Shown here piece after piece: positions 18,442-28,692 of a stretch of DNA of 34,457 nucleotides (position 1 is the stretch's first letter; each line of letters starts with the position of its first letter). The notes beneath the pieces are model-generated. The model searched no databases and was not told the DNA's origin. It worked only from the letters and a program-made list of their open reading frames with translations. The DNA is taken from positions 1 to 34,457 of the IMG/VR virus record IMGVR_UViG_3300017913_000091, one strand, 5' to 3'. The DNA comes from a virus. Its lineage: Duplodnaviria > Caudoviricetes. Position numbers and translations under genes: made by a program.

Positions 18442-18786
18442 ATGAACGCCTATAATCTACTGCGATTAGTGCAGAGACATGGTTCTACTCTGACCTTGCA
18501 TAAGGTGTCGGAAGGTACTTATGACCCTGCCACTGGTTCCCTTACTGGGGGCAGCACGACAGACTACGAGATCACTGGTTATATGTATAATGCAGTGCTT
18601 AGTGTTGATAACGATAATGTACAACGTGGTACTAAGAAGATAATTATCCCAGCCCTAGGACTTAGTGTTGTTCCTGATGATGGTGACAGTGTATCAGGTT
18701 TGGGCGACAAGGTACACATTGTAAGTGTTATCACACACTACTCTGCTGGACTTGCTGTCCTATATGAGTGTGGGGTTAATGAGTAA
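18442..18786 (+). CDS. Head closure protein
   Basis: GTYDPATG motif; position. Confidence 0.7.
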   Translation: MNAYNLLRLVQRHGSTLTLHKVSEGTYDPATGSLTGGSTTDYEITGYMYNAVLSVDNDNVQRGTKKIIIPALGLSVVPDDGDSVSGLGDKVHIVSVITHYSAGLAVLYECGVNE

Positions 18787-19226
18787 TGCGCCAAGGTTTC
18801 AAGTTCAAGAAGTCTAATATACTTAAAGAAGCCGAAGCCATTGATGCTCAACTAGAACAAGAAGTAGAAGCCTTTTTCACTCAAATGGCAAGGGATACAA
18901 TAGAGTGGTCTAAACGTGGTAGCAACCCTGCGTCTAAAGGTGTAGGTATGGGCGGTGGCGTTGACACTGGTGCTTACATAACCTCTTTCCAGTTTATTAC
19001 GGGTAGGGGTAGGCCAAGAGGTAAGTCGTCAAAAGGTAGACCCAAAGGTCAGGACCCAAATAAAATGGGTGCAATAGGGTTTGAGCAACTTATGTCTGAT
19101 TTAAGCAGGGTTGACTTTAGAAATACCACAAGCCTTACCCTAAGCAATGGATCACCTCACGCATACTATGTAGAGAACAAACACGGCTTACTGGTGTTTA
19201 GTAAACTAAGGAATAAATATGGCTAA
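18786..19226 (+). CDS. Tail completion / neck protein (HK97 gp10-like)
   Basis: VDTGAYITS and NGSPHAYYVE motifs, basic composition. Confidence 0.7.
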   Translation: MRQGFKFKKSNILKEAEAIDAQLEQEVEAFFTQMARDTIEWSKRGSNPASKGVGMGGGVDTGAYITSFQFITGRGRPRGKSSKGRPKGQDPNKMGAIGFEQLMSDLSRVDFRNTTSLTLSNGSPHAYYVENKHGLLVFSKLRNKYG

Positions 19227-19626
19227 CGTAGATAGAACAATCCGTGCTGCTTTGGAAAGTCAGTTAGCTAATATCACTGACGTACCCTCAATAGCCTACG
19301 AGAACGTCCCCTTTAGCCCTACAACGGGGGAAAGCTACTTAGAGGTACGGTATGTGCCTGTAACACGTAGACCTGCTGTACGGGGCTTAAATCCACAACA
19401 GAGATACGATGGTATATTTGCTATCAACTGCTATGCACCAGAAGGTACTGGACCTGCTGCTGCTGACACACTAGCCCAGAATGTAATGGAAGCATTTGAG
19501 GCAACAACAAAACTAACATCTGGTGGCTTAACTGTGTTCATCGACTATGCTGAAAGACAGCAGGGTCTAACAGACAGCCCTTGGTTTCTTGTACCAGTTT
19601 CAGTCGGATGGTACGCTTATAATTAA
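19219..19626 (+). CDS. Tail terminator protein (DUF4128-like)
   Basis: IAYENVPFSP, GIFAINCYAPEGTG; directly before the tube gene. Confidence 0.8.
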   Translation: MANVDRTIRAALESQLANITDVPSIAYENVPFSPTTGESYLEVRYVPVTRRPAVRGLNPQQRYDGIFAINCYAPEGTGPAAADTLAQNVMEAFEATTKLTSGGLTVFIDYAERQQGLTDSPWFLVPVSVGWYAYN

Positions 19627-19640
19627 TTAGGAGATAACTC

Positions 19641-20549
19641 ATGGCCTTTGCACAGGGTTCACGTTCCAGCCTGTCGTTCATTACTGAAAGCACATTCGGT
19701 ACGACACCTGCTGGTAACTTTACAAACTTACCTTTCACTTCACACTCACTAAACCTAACAAAAGATCGTGTTGCTGGTAACGACATTCAGGCAGATCGTA
19801 TGCCACGTGTTGACCGCCATGGTAACAAATCAGTAGCGGGTGATATTTCTGTTGACCTTCGTGATGGTGACTACGATGCTTTTCTAGAAGCTGCTATGTT
19901 GAACACATGGTCAACTAACGTACTTAAAGTTGGTACAACACCTAAGTTCTTCTCTATTGAAGATTATGCTGCTGACATTGATCAATCCCGTGTTTTCACA
20001 GGTTGTACTGTCAACACAATGGGCGTATCACTTGCGCCTAATCAAATGGTAACAACTTCTTTTGGTATTGTCGGCAAAGACATGTCGATTGGTCAGACAG
20101 AAAAAACACAAGATGATCCCTCTGGCGCATCACCTTTTGATGCTTACTCTGGTAACCTAAAGATTGCTGATCACGGCAGTTCTTTGGCAGACGCAGCTAT
20201 CGTAACTGGGATGGACTTCTCTATTTCTAACGGCTATGCACCTACGTTTGTAATTGGTGACAACTCAGCCCCAAGCCTAGAGTTTGGTCGTGCAGAAGTA
20301 GAAGGTACACTATCTGTTTACTTTGAAGATGCAACTCAGATCAACCGCTTTGTCAACGAGACAGAGACAGCCCTAGAGGTTGAGGTTGGAGATGGCACAA
20401 ACACAATGACATTCCTATTCCCACGTGTTAAGATTAACTCTGCTGATGTGGGCGTAGACGGTCCTACGAGCCGTGTAATTTCTATGGGCTTCGTTGGTCT
20501 ATATGACTCAACCGAAGGTACTAACCTGAAGATCACACGCTCTGCGTAA
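19641..20549 (+). CDS. Major tail tube protein
   Basis: 302 aa; ESTFGTTP, FTGCTVNTM, VEGTLSVYFED. Confidence 0.9.
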   Translation: MAFAQGSRSSLSFITESTFGTTPAGNFTNLPFTSHSLNLTKDRVAGNDIQADRMPRVDRHGNKSVAGDISVDLRDGDYDAFLEAAMLNTWSTNVLKVGTTPKFFSIEDYAADIDQSRVFTGCTVNTMGVSLAPNQMVTTSFGIVGKDMSIGQTEKTQDDPSGASPFDAYSGNLKIADHGSSLADAAIVTGMDFSISNGYAPTFVIGDNSAPSLEFGRAEVEGTLSVYFEDATQINRFVNETETALEVEVGDGTNTMTFLFPRVKINSADVGVDGPTSRVISMGFVGLYDSTEGTNLKITRSA

Positions 20550-20550
20550 T

Positions 20551-20633
20551 CCCTAGCTAGGGCAGGGGGGTGTTGGTGTCGGGTCTGATGCCCCCCTATT
20601 AAACTAACCCGAATATCCCGAAGGAACCTGACT
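20551..20633 (+). promoter_or_regulatory. Structured intergenic leader of the tail assembly chaperone
   Basis: Palindrome ccctagctaggg, 13-bp hairpin 20564-20597 with loop tgtcgggt, and downstream cccga copies. Confidence 0.6.
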
Positions 20634-21020
20634 ATGGACTTAAAAGACTTAACCCCGAAAAGTGACATTATTAAAGTTGAATTGGCTCACCCAACTACAG
20701 GGGAACCCTTGCTCAACGACGACAAATCTCGTATGACCATCTCTATTTATGGACCCTACAGCAAGGAATACAAGAAAGTATTGTACGAGCATACAAAAGA
20801 TAAAATCGCAAGTGGTACAGCCAACTTAGACCCTGTTGATATAGAACAGCTAAACATAGACGTGTTGTCTGAAACAACTGTATCATGGAACATCACATTT
20901 GATGGAAACAACCCAGAACTTACCAAAGACTTAGCAAAAGAGATTTATGAGGAAGTTTTCTGGATCAAGGCACAGATTGACGAGGCAGTAAAAGAAGCCT
21001 TGGATTTTACGAAAGCCTGA
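20634..21020 (+). CDS. Tail assembly chaperone (short form)
   Basis: 128 aa between tube and tape measure; HPTTGEPL, WIKAQID..DF ending. Confidence 0.85.
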   Translation: MDLKDLTPKSDIIKVELAHPTTGEPLLNDDKSRMTISIYGPYSKEYKKVLYEHTKDKIASGTANLDPVDIEQLNIDVLSETTVSWNITFDGNNPELTKDLAKEIYEEVFWIKAQIDEAVKEALDFTKA

Positions 21021-21361
21021 CCTCTGACCTCCTAGCTTACGCTGAACACCACTTCAAGCTGAGTGTTACAGATAAGGACGGTGTTAGTCAAAGGGAACAT
21101 CTGGAACAGGTACAAAAGCAGACTGGGAAGGTTATCAAAGACCTTGAGGGTCCACCTTTCCCTAACTTGCTAAACTCTACTTGGTCAAACTTCGTAAACT
21201 TATCAAACACACGACAGTCTGGTATGGGTATCGGACCAATTACCTACACTGAAATAAAAAGCTATGTAGAACTCACTGGTAATTTCTTATCGCCAGATGA
21301 GGTCAGGCTAATAAAGCGTTTAGACGCTACTTATATAAGGATTATGAACAGTGCAAAGTGA
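21002..21361 (+). CDS. -1 frameshift extension of the tail assembly chaperone (fusion ~242 aa)
   Basis: Slippery G_GAT_TTT at 21002-21008; the -1 frame is open from 20981 to 21361 and reads FYESLTSDLLAYAEHHF...GPITYTEIKSY...IKRLD. Confidence 0.85.
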   Translation, partial: GFYESLTSDLLAYAEHHFKLSVTDKDGVSQREHLEQVQKQTGKVIKDLEGPPFPNLLNSTWSNFVNLSNTRQSGMGIGPITYTEIKSYVELTGNFLSPDEVRLIKRLDATYIRIMNSAK

Positions 21362-23168
21362 GTATAAAGTTGATATTTCTGATCTCATAAGGGCTAGGAA
21401 AGAGATCAAGAAGTTTGCTAAGGATAACGTAGATGCCTTTGCAGTTGTCAACTCACGTATGGTCAAGAGTGGTGATGCCACTGCCCTAATGTTTGACAAT
21501 ATGGGTCGTGCGATGAACACGACTGGTAAAAAAGTCAACACTATGGGTATGCGTCTGCAACAAGCAGGTTATCAGGTAGGTGACTTTGCGGTACAGGTTC
21601 AAAGTGGCACAAACGTAGCTGTCGCTTTTGGACAGCAGATGTCTCAGTTGCTGGGTGTACTAGGCCCATACGGTGCCTTAGCTGGTGCTGGTGTCGCTAT
21701 CGGTACAGCTATTATTGCTCCACTATTGGACGCTAAGAAACAAGCACAAGATACGCAAGAAGCTATAGACAACCTAGCTGATGCTGTTGCGGCACTAGAC
21801 GATGAAACACTCAGTGACCTACAGAAACAGTTTGGTGAGGGTGCTGGTGTTGTACAACGCATGAGGGCAGAGGTTGTATCACTACAAGCTGACATTGCAA
21901 AGCTAAACTTTGACTCACAAGTTACTAAGTTAGCCGAGAAGTTTTCAAATACCTTTACTGAAACAGTTATACAATCTATAACGGAAACAGTACCTCTTAT
22001 GGGTGGACTAACAGAAACCCCAGAGGAGTACATGAAATCACTTGGTCTTGACCCTAGTATAATGGGCAGGGGTTTCTTAGATTCTTTCTACGCTGCTATC
22101 AAAGCAGGTGACCCTGAGTTGGCAGAGGATTTATTCTATCAGCTTACTGACGCTATTAACATGCAAGAAGGTGGTATGAATGGACTTACCATCAAGGGTA
22201 AAGAGTTTGTAATAGAACTTGCAGACATGGTTGAACGTGCCTCTGAGTTACAAAAGAACCTAGATAAAGCGTCTAAATACTTTAATCGTACAGATGAAGG
22301 TCTTAGCGATGCTGAGTACAACGCAATGTTGGTTTATCAGGCTTATGGTGAAAGTAGAACTAAGGGTGCTAAAACTAAACCAAGATCATCAAAACGTAAA
22401 GGTCGTGACCCTGTAAATGCTAAAGACTATGCAGACCAATTAGTTCGTCAGGTAAACCTTGAACAGCGTCTAATAGGGATGTCACAAACTCAACAAGATT
22501 ATGCACAAGTAATGTACGACCTTGTAGAAAGAAATAAAAAGGCTGACATAAAACTTACCGAACAGCAAATGGAATCTTATGCACGACAGATTCAAAAGGT
22601 AAAAGAGGTAATTAGGCAACAACAAGAGTATGAGGCACAAACCGAAGAAATCTCAAATATGATTGAGAGCAAGATGGGCGATGCCTTTATGTCTATGGTA
22701 GACGGTACTAAGAGTGTAGAAGATGCATTTAGACAAATGGCAGCGGAGATTATCAAAGAACTTTACAGGATTATGGTGGTCAAGAAAGCTGTTAATGCAA
22801 TCATGGGCTTTATGGGTTTCGCTGATGGTGGTGTTATCAGTAATGGTAGCGTTATTCCGCACGCCAAAGGTGGTGTAGTAGGTGGACCAACATACTTCCC
22901 CATGTCTGGTGGTCGTACTGGACTAATGGGCGAGGCTGGCCCAGAGGCTATCATGCCACTTAAACGTGGACCTGATGGTAAACTAGGTGTTGAATCTAAT
23001 GGCGGCGGTGGAGCAACTATAGTTCAGAACATCAATATTTCTACTGGTGTACAACAAACAGTACGTACAGAGATCAAACAGCTTATGCCGATGATTGCTG
23101 AAAGTGCTAAGAACGCTGTACTTGACGGTAAACGCCGTGGTGGTAACTACGGGAAAGGATTTGCATAA
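21351..23168 (+). CDS. Tape measure protein
   Basis: QQAGYQVGDFAVQVQSG N-terminal motif, helical body, FADGG and GLMGEAGPEAIMPL C-terminal motifs. Confidence 0.93.
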   Translation: MQSEYKVDISDLIRARKEIKKFAKDNVDAFAVVNSRMVKSGDATALMFDNMGRAMNTTGKKVNTMGMRLQQAGYQVGDFAVQVQSGTNVAVAFGQQMSQLLGVLGPYGALAGAGVAIGTAIIAPLLDAKKQAQDTQEAIDNLADAVAALDDETLSDLQKQFGEGAGVVQRMRAEVVSLQADIAKLNFDSQVTKLAEKFSNTFTETVIQSITETVPLMGGLTETPEEYMKSLGLDPSIMGRGFLDSFYAAIKAGDPELAEDLFYQLTDAINMQEGGMNGLTIKGKEFVIELADMVERASELQKNLDKASKYFNRTDEGLSDAEYNAMLVYQAYGESRTKGAKTKPRSSKRKGRDPVNAKDYADQLVRQVNLEQRLIGMSQTQQDYAQVMYDLVERNKKADIKLTEQQMESYARQIQKVKEVIRQQQEYEAQTEEISNMIESKMGDAFMSMVDGTKSVEDAFRQMAAEIIKELYRIMVVKKAVNAIMGFMGFADGGVISNGSVIPHAKGGVVGGPTYFPMSGGRTGLMGEAGPEAIMPLKRGPDGKLGVESNGGGGATIVQNINISTGVQQTVRTEIKQLMPMIAESAKNAVLDGKRRGGNYGKGFA

Positions 23169-23770
23169 TGGCGGCATTGTTCCCATTAGACATGCCAACT
23201 AACATTGGTATAGCTAGTATTGAACTAAGGGCGAAGAATACGACAGCAATGTCATTGTCGCCTTTTACTTACAAACAACAAATCCACCAATACTCAGGTC
23301 AAATGTGGGAGGCAGACATTGATTTGCCCCCTATGAACCGTGATGATGCAGAGGCTTGGGTTGCTTTCTTGTTGAGGCTACAAGGTCGTGTTGGTTCATT
23401 CCTACTGGGTGACCCTGCGGCTAAGACACCACGTGGTACTGCAAGATCAGGAGACCTTACATTTAATGGTAACTTTAACGGTACTGTTTATGCTGACATT
23501 CCTCTTGGCGATACCCTAAAGGCTGGTGACTACATTCAGATTGGTTCGTCTGCAACTGCAAGTCTACACAAGGTCCTTGCTGATTTCACTGGTACAGGCT
23601 CTAACGAAGAATTAGAAATATGGCCTAAACCACGTGCAGCAAAAACAAGCGTAGCTATGACATTCCTAGATGCTAAAGGTAACTTTAGACTAAACACTAA
23701 CGAGGTTTCTTGGAGTGTTAATAACGCTAGTTTCTACGGTATTAGCTTCGGGGCTATGGAGGTTTTATAA
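23168..23770 (+). CDS. Distal tail protein
   Basis: SPFTYKQQ, W.A...LPPM, LKAGDYIQ; follows the tape measure gene. Confidence 0.75.
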   Translation: MAALFPLDMPTNIGIASIELRAKNTTAMSLSPFTYKQQIHQYSGQMWEADIDLPPMNRDDAEAWVAFLLRLQGRVGSFLLGDPAAKTPRGTARSGDLTFNGNFNGTVYADIPLGDTLKAGDYIQIGSSATASLHKVLADFTGTGSNEELEIWPKPRAAKTSVAMTFLDAKGNFRLNTNEVSWSVNNASFYGISFGAMEVL

Positions 23771-24333
23771 TGGCTAGAGGGATAGACTCGGCACTACTGA
23801 CAGCCTTAACTCAACCAGAGGTACAGCCTTTTTATGCTGTTGAGTTCTTGTTCTCTGTTACACCTTTACGGTTCTGGACTGGTTACGGTGATCGTGATAT
23901 TACGGTAAGAGGTGAAAGCCAAACTTTTACAGGTGCAGCGACACTCCTCTCAATCTCAGGTATGGACGAGGTTAAAGACCTGTCTGCTAAATCCGTCACT
24001 ATTACACTTTCTGGTATAGAGTCTGAAGCTATTTCTTTAGCTTTAGCAGAAAACTATCAGAGGCGTACCTGTCGTATTTACGTGGGAGAACAGAGTGTGT
24101 CAAGCGTTGTAGAAGTGTTCACGGGTCGAATGGATACTATGTCGATCCAAGATACAGGTACAACAAGTACCATCGAACTTACAGTTGAAAGTAACCTTGT
24201 CGAACTAGAAAGAGCAAGTAACTGGAGATATACCAATGACAATCACAAATCCCGACACCCTGACGACGAGTTCTTTTCCTACGTACAATCTATACAGGAC
24301 GTACAAGTAGCATGGGGCCGAAAAGCAAGTTAA
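23770..24333 (+). CDS. Minor tail / baseplate hub protein
   Basis: RFWTGYG, TITLSGI, FTGRMDTM, RYT..H...HP.D.FF, WG ending. Confidence 0.75.
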   Translation: MARGIDSALLTALTQPEVQPFYAVEFLFSVTPLRFWTGYGDRDITVRGESQTFTGAATLLSISGMDEVKDLSAKSVTITLSGIESEAISLALAENYQRRTCRIYVGEQSVSSVVEVFTGRMDTMSIQDTGTTSTIELTVESNLVELERASNWRYTNDNHKSRHPDDEFFSYVQSIQDVQVAWGRKAS

Positions 24334-24737
24334 ACGCATACCTAAGAAACGTTAAAGGCATCCCTTTTGAGTGGGGTGTACACGACTGCTTTACCTTCAC
24401 TAACAACGCATTTAAGTGTATGTACGGTCAAGGTTACGCAGACGATTGGATGTTTGGTTATATGGTTGATGGCAGACCAATGAGGCGTGCCGAGTTACGA
24501 AAAGCCTTTAAGCACTCAACTATTGATTCGGCTCTATCAGAGAAACTTATTAAATCAGAAACAGCACCTTTTGGTAGCCTAGTGACGACAAAGAAAAGTC
24601 AAAGGTGGATCACAGGTGTTGCCCTTGGTATCTCACTTGGTACAAGGTGTGTATTCTTATCAAAAGATGGTCTAATACTTCTAAATGTAGAGGACCGTGA
24701 AGCTGCGTGGGTTCCAGAATGTCTAAATACAAACTAG
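24312..24737 (+). CDS. NlpC/P60-like tail assembly protein (DUF6950-like)
   Basis: PFEWGVHDCFTF motif; the second catalytic His is not evident. Confidence 0.7.
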   Translation: MGPKSKLNAYLRNVKGIPFEWGVHDCFTFTNNAFKCMYGQGYADDWMFGYMVDGRPMRRAELRKAFKHSTIDSALSEKLIKSETAPFGSLVTTKKSQRWITGVALGISLGTRCVFLSKDGLILLNVEDREAAWVPECLNTN

Positions 24738-27463
24738 GTGATATTACTAACGCCTCTTACACTAACCAGTGGGATCGTGCAAATAAAGACCCAATAACAA
24801 TGGCTGTTGCTAATGCTATTGCTGGTGCTGTAGGTGTTGCGGGTGCGACATCTTTTGTAGCTGGTACACTTGCGTTTAAAGCTATCGCTGTTGTTTCTTT
24901 CTTTGCAATTCAAGCTGTCGTTGGTGCTGTTGTAAACGCACTAATGCCAAAGCCAAACTTGGGTTCAGCGCAAGGTAGTAAAGGCTTGTTGGTGAACAGT
25001 CGTGATGGCCTGTCGCCCTCAGAGTTTGTCTACGGTAAAATTCGTAAGGGCGGACCAGTTACTTTTATTGAGACTACAGGTACAGATAATAAGGTCTTAC
25101 ACCAGATCATTGTACTAGCTAACCATGAAGTAACAGGTATAGACGAAATTTACATCAACGACGAAGTAGTTACTATGAGTAACGAAAATGTCACCTCTGC
25201 ACCTTGGAATGGTCATGTAAAGATTTACAAGCATTTGGGAGATCAGCGGTACGACTACGACACTTTTGCAAACTCCTCTCAATCCCTAAGAAGTACCCTT
25301 CACAACGAAACGTCAGCAGATGAAAACTTTGTTGGATTAGGTATTGCCTACTTATACTGTAGGTTTGAATACGACCAAGATGCCTTTGTTAATGGCGTAC
25401 CTCTGGTTTCTGCCATTGTTAGGGGCAAGAAAGTAAGGTCAACCTCTAACGGAAACAGTCAAGGTAAAAACTACTCATCAAACCCAGCTTGGATTGTAAG
25501 GGACTTCTTAACTTCGGACTACGGCCTTGGAGAACCTGAGAGTTCCATTGATGATACAACTTTTGAAGCTGCCGCTGCTGTTTGTGATGAAAGTGCTGAT
25601 GTTATTGGTGCGTATAAGTACCAAATCAACGGTGTTGTCGAATCCCGATCCTCTATAGGGGAAGTTCTTGAGAATATGGTCGCCGCTTGTAACGGTACTC
25701 TATTCTGGGGTGCTGGTAAGTGGAGGCTCAAGGCTGGTGACTGGATAGAACCTACAAGGTCAGCTATAACCCTTGATGATATTCGTGGTCCTATCAACAT
25801 TGATACCAAGGTTTCTATGAGGGACAACTTCAACAAAGTTGGCGGTACGTTTATCAACGGCGGTATTTACAACGAAACTACAAACCCTACTGGTGGAGAT
25901 TGGGTAAGCCAAGACTACCCAGAAGTAAATGCGGATAATGCCTTTCTGTCCGTTGACCTTGATGTAGAAAAGAAGTTGGATTACAACTTACCTTTCACTA
26001 CCGATTCAGCACGTGCGCAACTTCTAGCAAAACAGTTGTTGTACAGGTCAAGAGAGCAAATAACCTTTAGTACAAACGTTAGTATTAACTGTATGGACAT
26101 TGAGGTTGGTGATGTTGTACCTGTAACTATTGACCGTTATGGTTGGGATGAAAAGCCATTTGAGGTTGTAGCTTGGAGATTAGAAGCCGATGAAGAGAGT
26201 GGTGCTTTAAGTATCGCACTGACACTTAGGGAAACTTCAGAAAGTTCCTACAGTTTCACAACTTCTGACGCAAAGGCTATAACACTAAACAATACAAGCC
26301 TAAACAGGTTCTATGACGTTCCTGATATTAGTCTTTCAGTAGATCAGGAATTTAGGGTCATTAACCAGAACGTAACTAACATCCTTGCAGTTGATGTATC
26401 ATCTAACTCACCTGAGAGAATAGATTACGTTATTGTAAAATACAAAAAGACTGGAGATTCTTATTACAAGACTGTAGGTCAAAGTAACCTAAACGAAGAA
26501 GATACTACTATATCGTCCTTTGAGATCAACGATATTGAAACCCCGCAAATCGGTGAAGATTACATAAACTACACCATAGTTGCAACTCCAGTAAACTCTT
26601 TTGGGTTTAGGGGTTCTCAGGTAAAAACATTCTTTAACGTTTCTGCTGACACCATACCGCCTAACGCACCTACAAACTTAACCAAAGTTCTTTCTGGTGG
26701 TACAGCCTTCTTTAACTGGGAGGGTTCAACATCTTTGGACTTGTCGCACTACAAACTTTACTACAACAGTGATTCGAGTGCAAACTTTGGTGACGTGGGG
26801 AATGAAATTAAGGTTGCTAAGATTGCCCGACCAGCAACCTCTATAAGTTTTCCTGCGGCGGCAGGTAAGTATTTTGTCTCTGCTGTAGACAAGACAGGTA
26901 ACGAGAGTCAAACCTCTGTTCCCTCTGTGCTTGTTGAAGCCTCGGAGTTACCTCAACTTGATGCAACTGTCTCTGAAGATGAACACCCCTCTTTTGACGG
27001 CTCTAAATCGAACCTGACAGTTGATAATGGTGAACTGCATATGACTAATTATGCAACATCTGGATCGTATGGCTTGTACTTCGTCCGTTGGGGTCAAGGA
27101 GGTACCTCTAACTTGAGTGTGGGGACCTCACGTACTATACGCTTGTCTTACACCGCTACACACACTAGAAAACATGCTAACGCTGTGAACGGAGAGGTTA
27201 ACTGGGACGACATACCTGATAACTGGGATAGTTGGCCTAACTTCTGGGACACATGGACAGACGAAGATGCTGCTTTCCAAGACCATGCGGTTATTGTTGA
27301 AGCACGTGCAGGTAATACTGTAGCAGCTTTAGATGCCGCCCCTTGGACAACAGTACCTTGTGAATTGGTCGGGCAATACGTAAGTTTTAGAGCAAGGTTG
27401 ACTAACTCTGGACCTAACGTTTCACCATCATTAACGGCCTTAACAGCCATAGTGGAGTATTAA
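24719..27463 (+). CDS. Tail tip / central host-specificity protein
   Basis: VYGKIRKGG, VRGKKV, SSNPAW..RDFLT, EVGDVV, and an FN3-like DTIPPNAPTNL...VSAVDKTGNES segment. Confidence 0.88.
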   Translation: MSKYKLGDITNASYTNQWDRANKDPITMAVANAIAGAVGVAGATSFVAGTLAFKAIAVVSFFAIQAVVGAVVNALMPKPNLGSAQGSKGLLVNSRDGLSPSEFVYGKIRKGGPVTFIETTGTDNKVLHQIIVLANHEVTGIDEIYINDEVVTMSNENVTSAPWNGHVKIYKHLGDQRYDYDTFANSSQSLRSTLHNETSADENFVGLGIAYLYCRFEYDQDAFVNGVPLVSAIVRGKKVRSTSNGNSQGKNYSSNPAWIVRDFLTSDYGLGEPESSIDDTTFEAAAAVCDESADVIGAYKYQINGVVESRSSIGEVLENMVAACNGTLFWGAGKWRLKAGDWIEPTRSAITLDDIRGPINIDTKVSMRDNFNKVGGTFINGGIYNETTNPTGGDWVSQDYPEVNADNAFLSVDLDVEKKLDYNLPFTTDSARAQLLAKQLLYRSREQITFSTNVSINCMDIEVGDVVPVTIDRYGWDEKPFEVVAWRLEADEESGALSIALTLRETSESSYSFTTSDAKAITLNNTSLNRFYDVPDISLSVDQEFRVINQNVTNILAVDVSSNSPERIDYVIVKYKKTGDSYYKTVGQSNLNEEDTTISSFEINDIETPQIGEDYINYTIVATPVNSFGFRGSQVKTFFNVSADTIPPNAPTNLTKVLSGGTAFFNWEGSTSLDLSHYKLYYNSDSSANFGDVGNEIKVAKIARPATSISFPAAAGKYFVSAVDKTGNESQTSVPSVLVEASELPQLDATVSEDEHPSFDGSKSNLTVDNGELHMTNYATSGSYGLYFVRWGQGGTSNLSVGTSRTIRLSYTATHTRKHANAVNGEVNWDDIPDNWDSWPNFWDTWTDEDAAFQDHAVIVEARAGNTVAALDAAPWTTVPCELVGQYVSFRARLTNSGPNVSPSLTALTAIVEY

Positions 27464-27467
27464 ACAT

Positions 27468-27842
27468 ATGTCGCAACACGACTTTACCATTGCCAACCAA
27501 ACGGCTTCAAATGCTAGGAACGACATTAACTCTGCCCTACAAGCCTTGGCTTCCAACAACTCGGGTAATACGGCACCCTCAACAACTTATGCCAACATGT
27601 TTTGGTATGAGACAGATACTAACAAGCTAAAGATTCGTAATGAAGCAGATACAGCTTGGATCACGTTGGGTGAGATCGACCAGACCAACTCAACCTTTGT
27701 ACCTTATGTTGGTAACTTTAAGATTACCCGCATGAGTTCAACAAAGATTGGGTTTGAGTCTGGGGGAACCACTAGAATGTCCCTTGACACGAGTGGTAAC
27801 CTGATCACAACTGGAAACATGACAGCTTACGGGACACCATAA
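27468..27842 (+). CDS. Short tail-fibre-like adaptor protein
   Basis: MSQHDFTIANQT..AR.DIN.ALQALASNNSG..APSTTY fibre N-terminus; only 124 aa. Confidence 0.7.
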   Translation: MSQHDFTIANQTASNARNDINSALQALASNNSGNTAPSTTYANMFWYETDTNKLKIRNEADTAWITLGEIDQTNSTFVPYVGNFKITRMSSTKIGFESGGTTRMSLDTSGNLITTGNMTAYGTP

Positions 27843-28216
27843 TGGGATATAAACTAGGAACACGAAGCCTACAAAAACTATCAGGTGTTCACCCTGACCT
27901 AGTTGCAGTAGTTAAACGAGCCATTGAAATCTCAGAACAAGACTTTTCTGTTCTGGAAGGTATACGACACATTAACCGCCAACGTGAACTTGTGAAGTCT
28001 GGTAAGTCTACTACAATGAACAGTAGACACCTGACAGGACATGCAGTAGACCTAGTACCTTACCCTGTGTCGTGGGACTGGGAATACTTCTACCCTATTG
28101 TGGATGCCATGAAGGAAGCCGCAGAGGAACTAGGGATTGACATTGTGGCTGGTGCTGACTGGGAGAACTTCCCTGATGGGCCGCACTTCCAACTAGATTG
28201 GGAAAGCTATCCATAA
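27842..28216 (+). CDS. Endolysin, M15-family (L-Ala-D-Glu) peptidase
   Basis: GVHPDL, EG.R...RQ, SRHLTGHAVD, DGPHFQL zinc-binding motifs. Confidence 0.93.
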   Translation: MGYKLGTRSLQKLSGVHPDLVAVVKRAIEISEQDFSVLEGIRHINRQRELVKSGKSTTMNSRHLTGHAVDLVPYPVSWDWEYFYPIVDAMKEAAEELGIDIVAGADWENFPDGPHFQLDWESYP

Positions 28217-28692
28217 TGCCTATCCTTGGACTTAGAAAAACATACGACAAGGTTATGTCTGCTAACGGACCAGCCCAGATGCTAACATATGGTTTCTGGG
28301 GGGTCCTCATGGCTGGTATGTTCTGGGGTGTTTGTGACATGTGCTTTCCACCAGAATTACTTATCTTCTGGGGTGCCATAAGTGCTGCTGTTGTACCTAT
28401 TACTATTTGGGGTACACCTGCCATGCTACGTAATATACTACTACTGGATGTTGTAGTATCTGCTTATATTATGGTTGTATTTCTAACGCATGAACCACAC
28501 GTTGCAGAGTTTGTTTACTACACCCCATCAGTGGAAGGTATGAGCATGGCACATAGAGGTTCAGGTCATGGACTAGCTGATTGGTTCCATGCTGCTGCCC
28601 TCATCTGGATGACACTACATGCAGTTTACTTAGCTGATCTAACTAATAGACAAATACTAGAAAGAAAAAGGTTTAGTCAGTATGACACTTGA
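28216..28692 (+). CDS. Multi-pass membrane protein in the lysis cassette
   Basis: About four hydrophobic segments; TAATG overlap with the endolysin stop. Confidence 0.7.
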   Translation: MPILGLRKTYDKVMSANGPAQMLTYGFWGVLMAGMFWGVCDMCFPPELLIFWGAISAAVVPITIWGTPAMLRNILLLDVVVSAYIMVVFLTHEPHVAEFVYYTPSVEGMSMAHRGSGHGLADWFHAAALIWMTLHAVYLADLTNRQILERKRFSQYDT

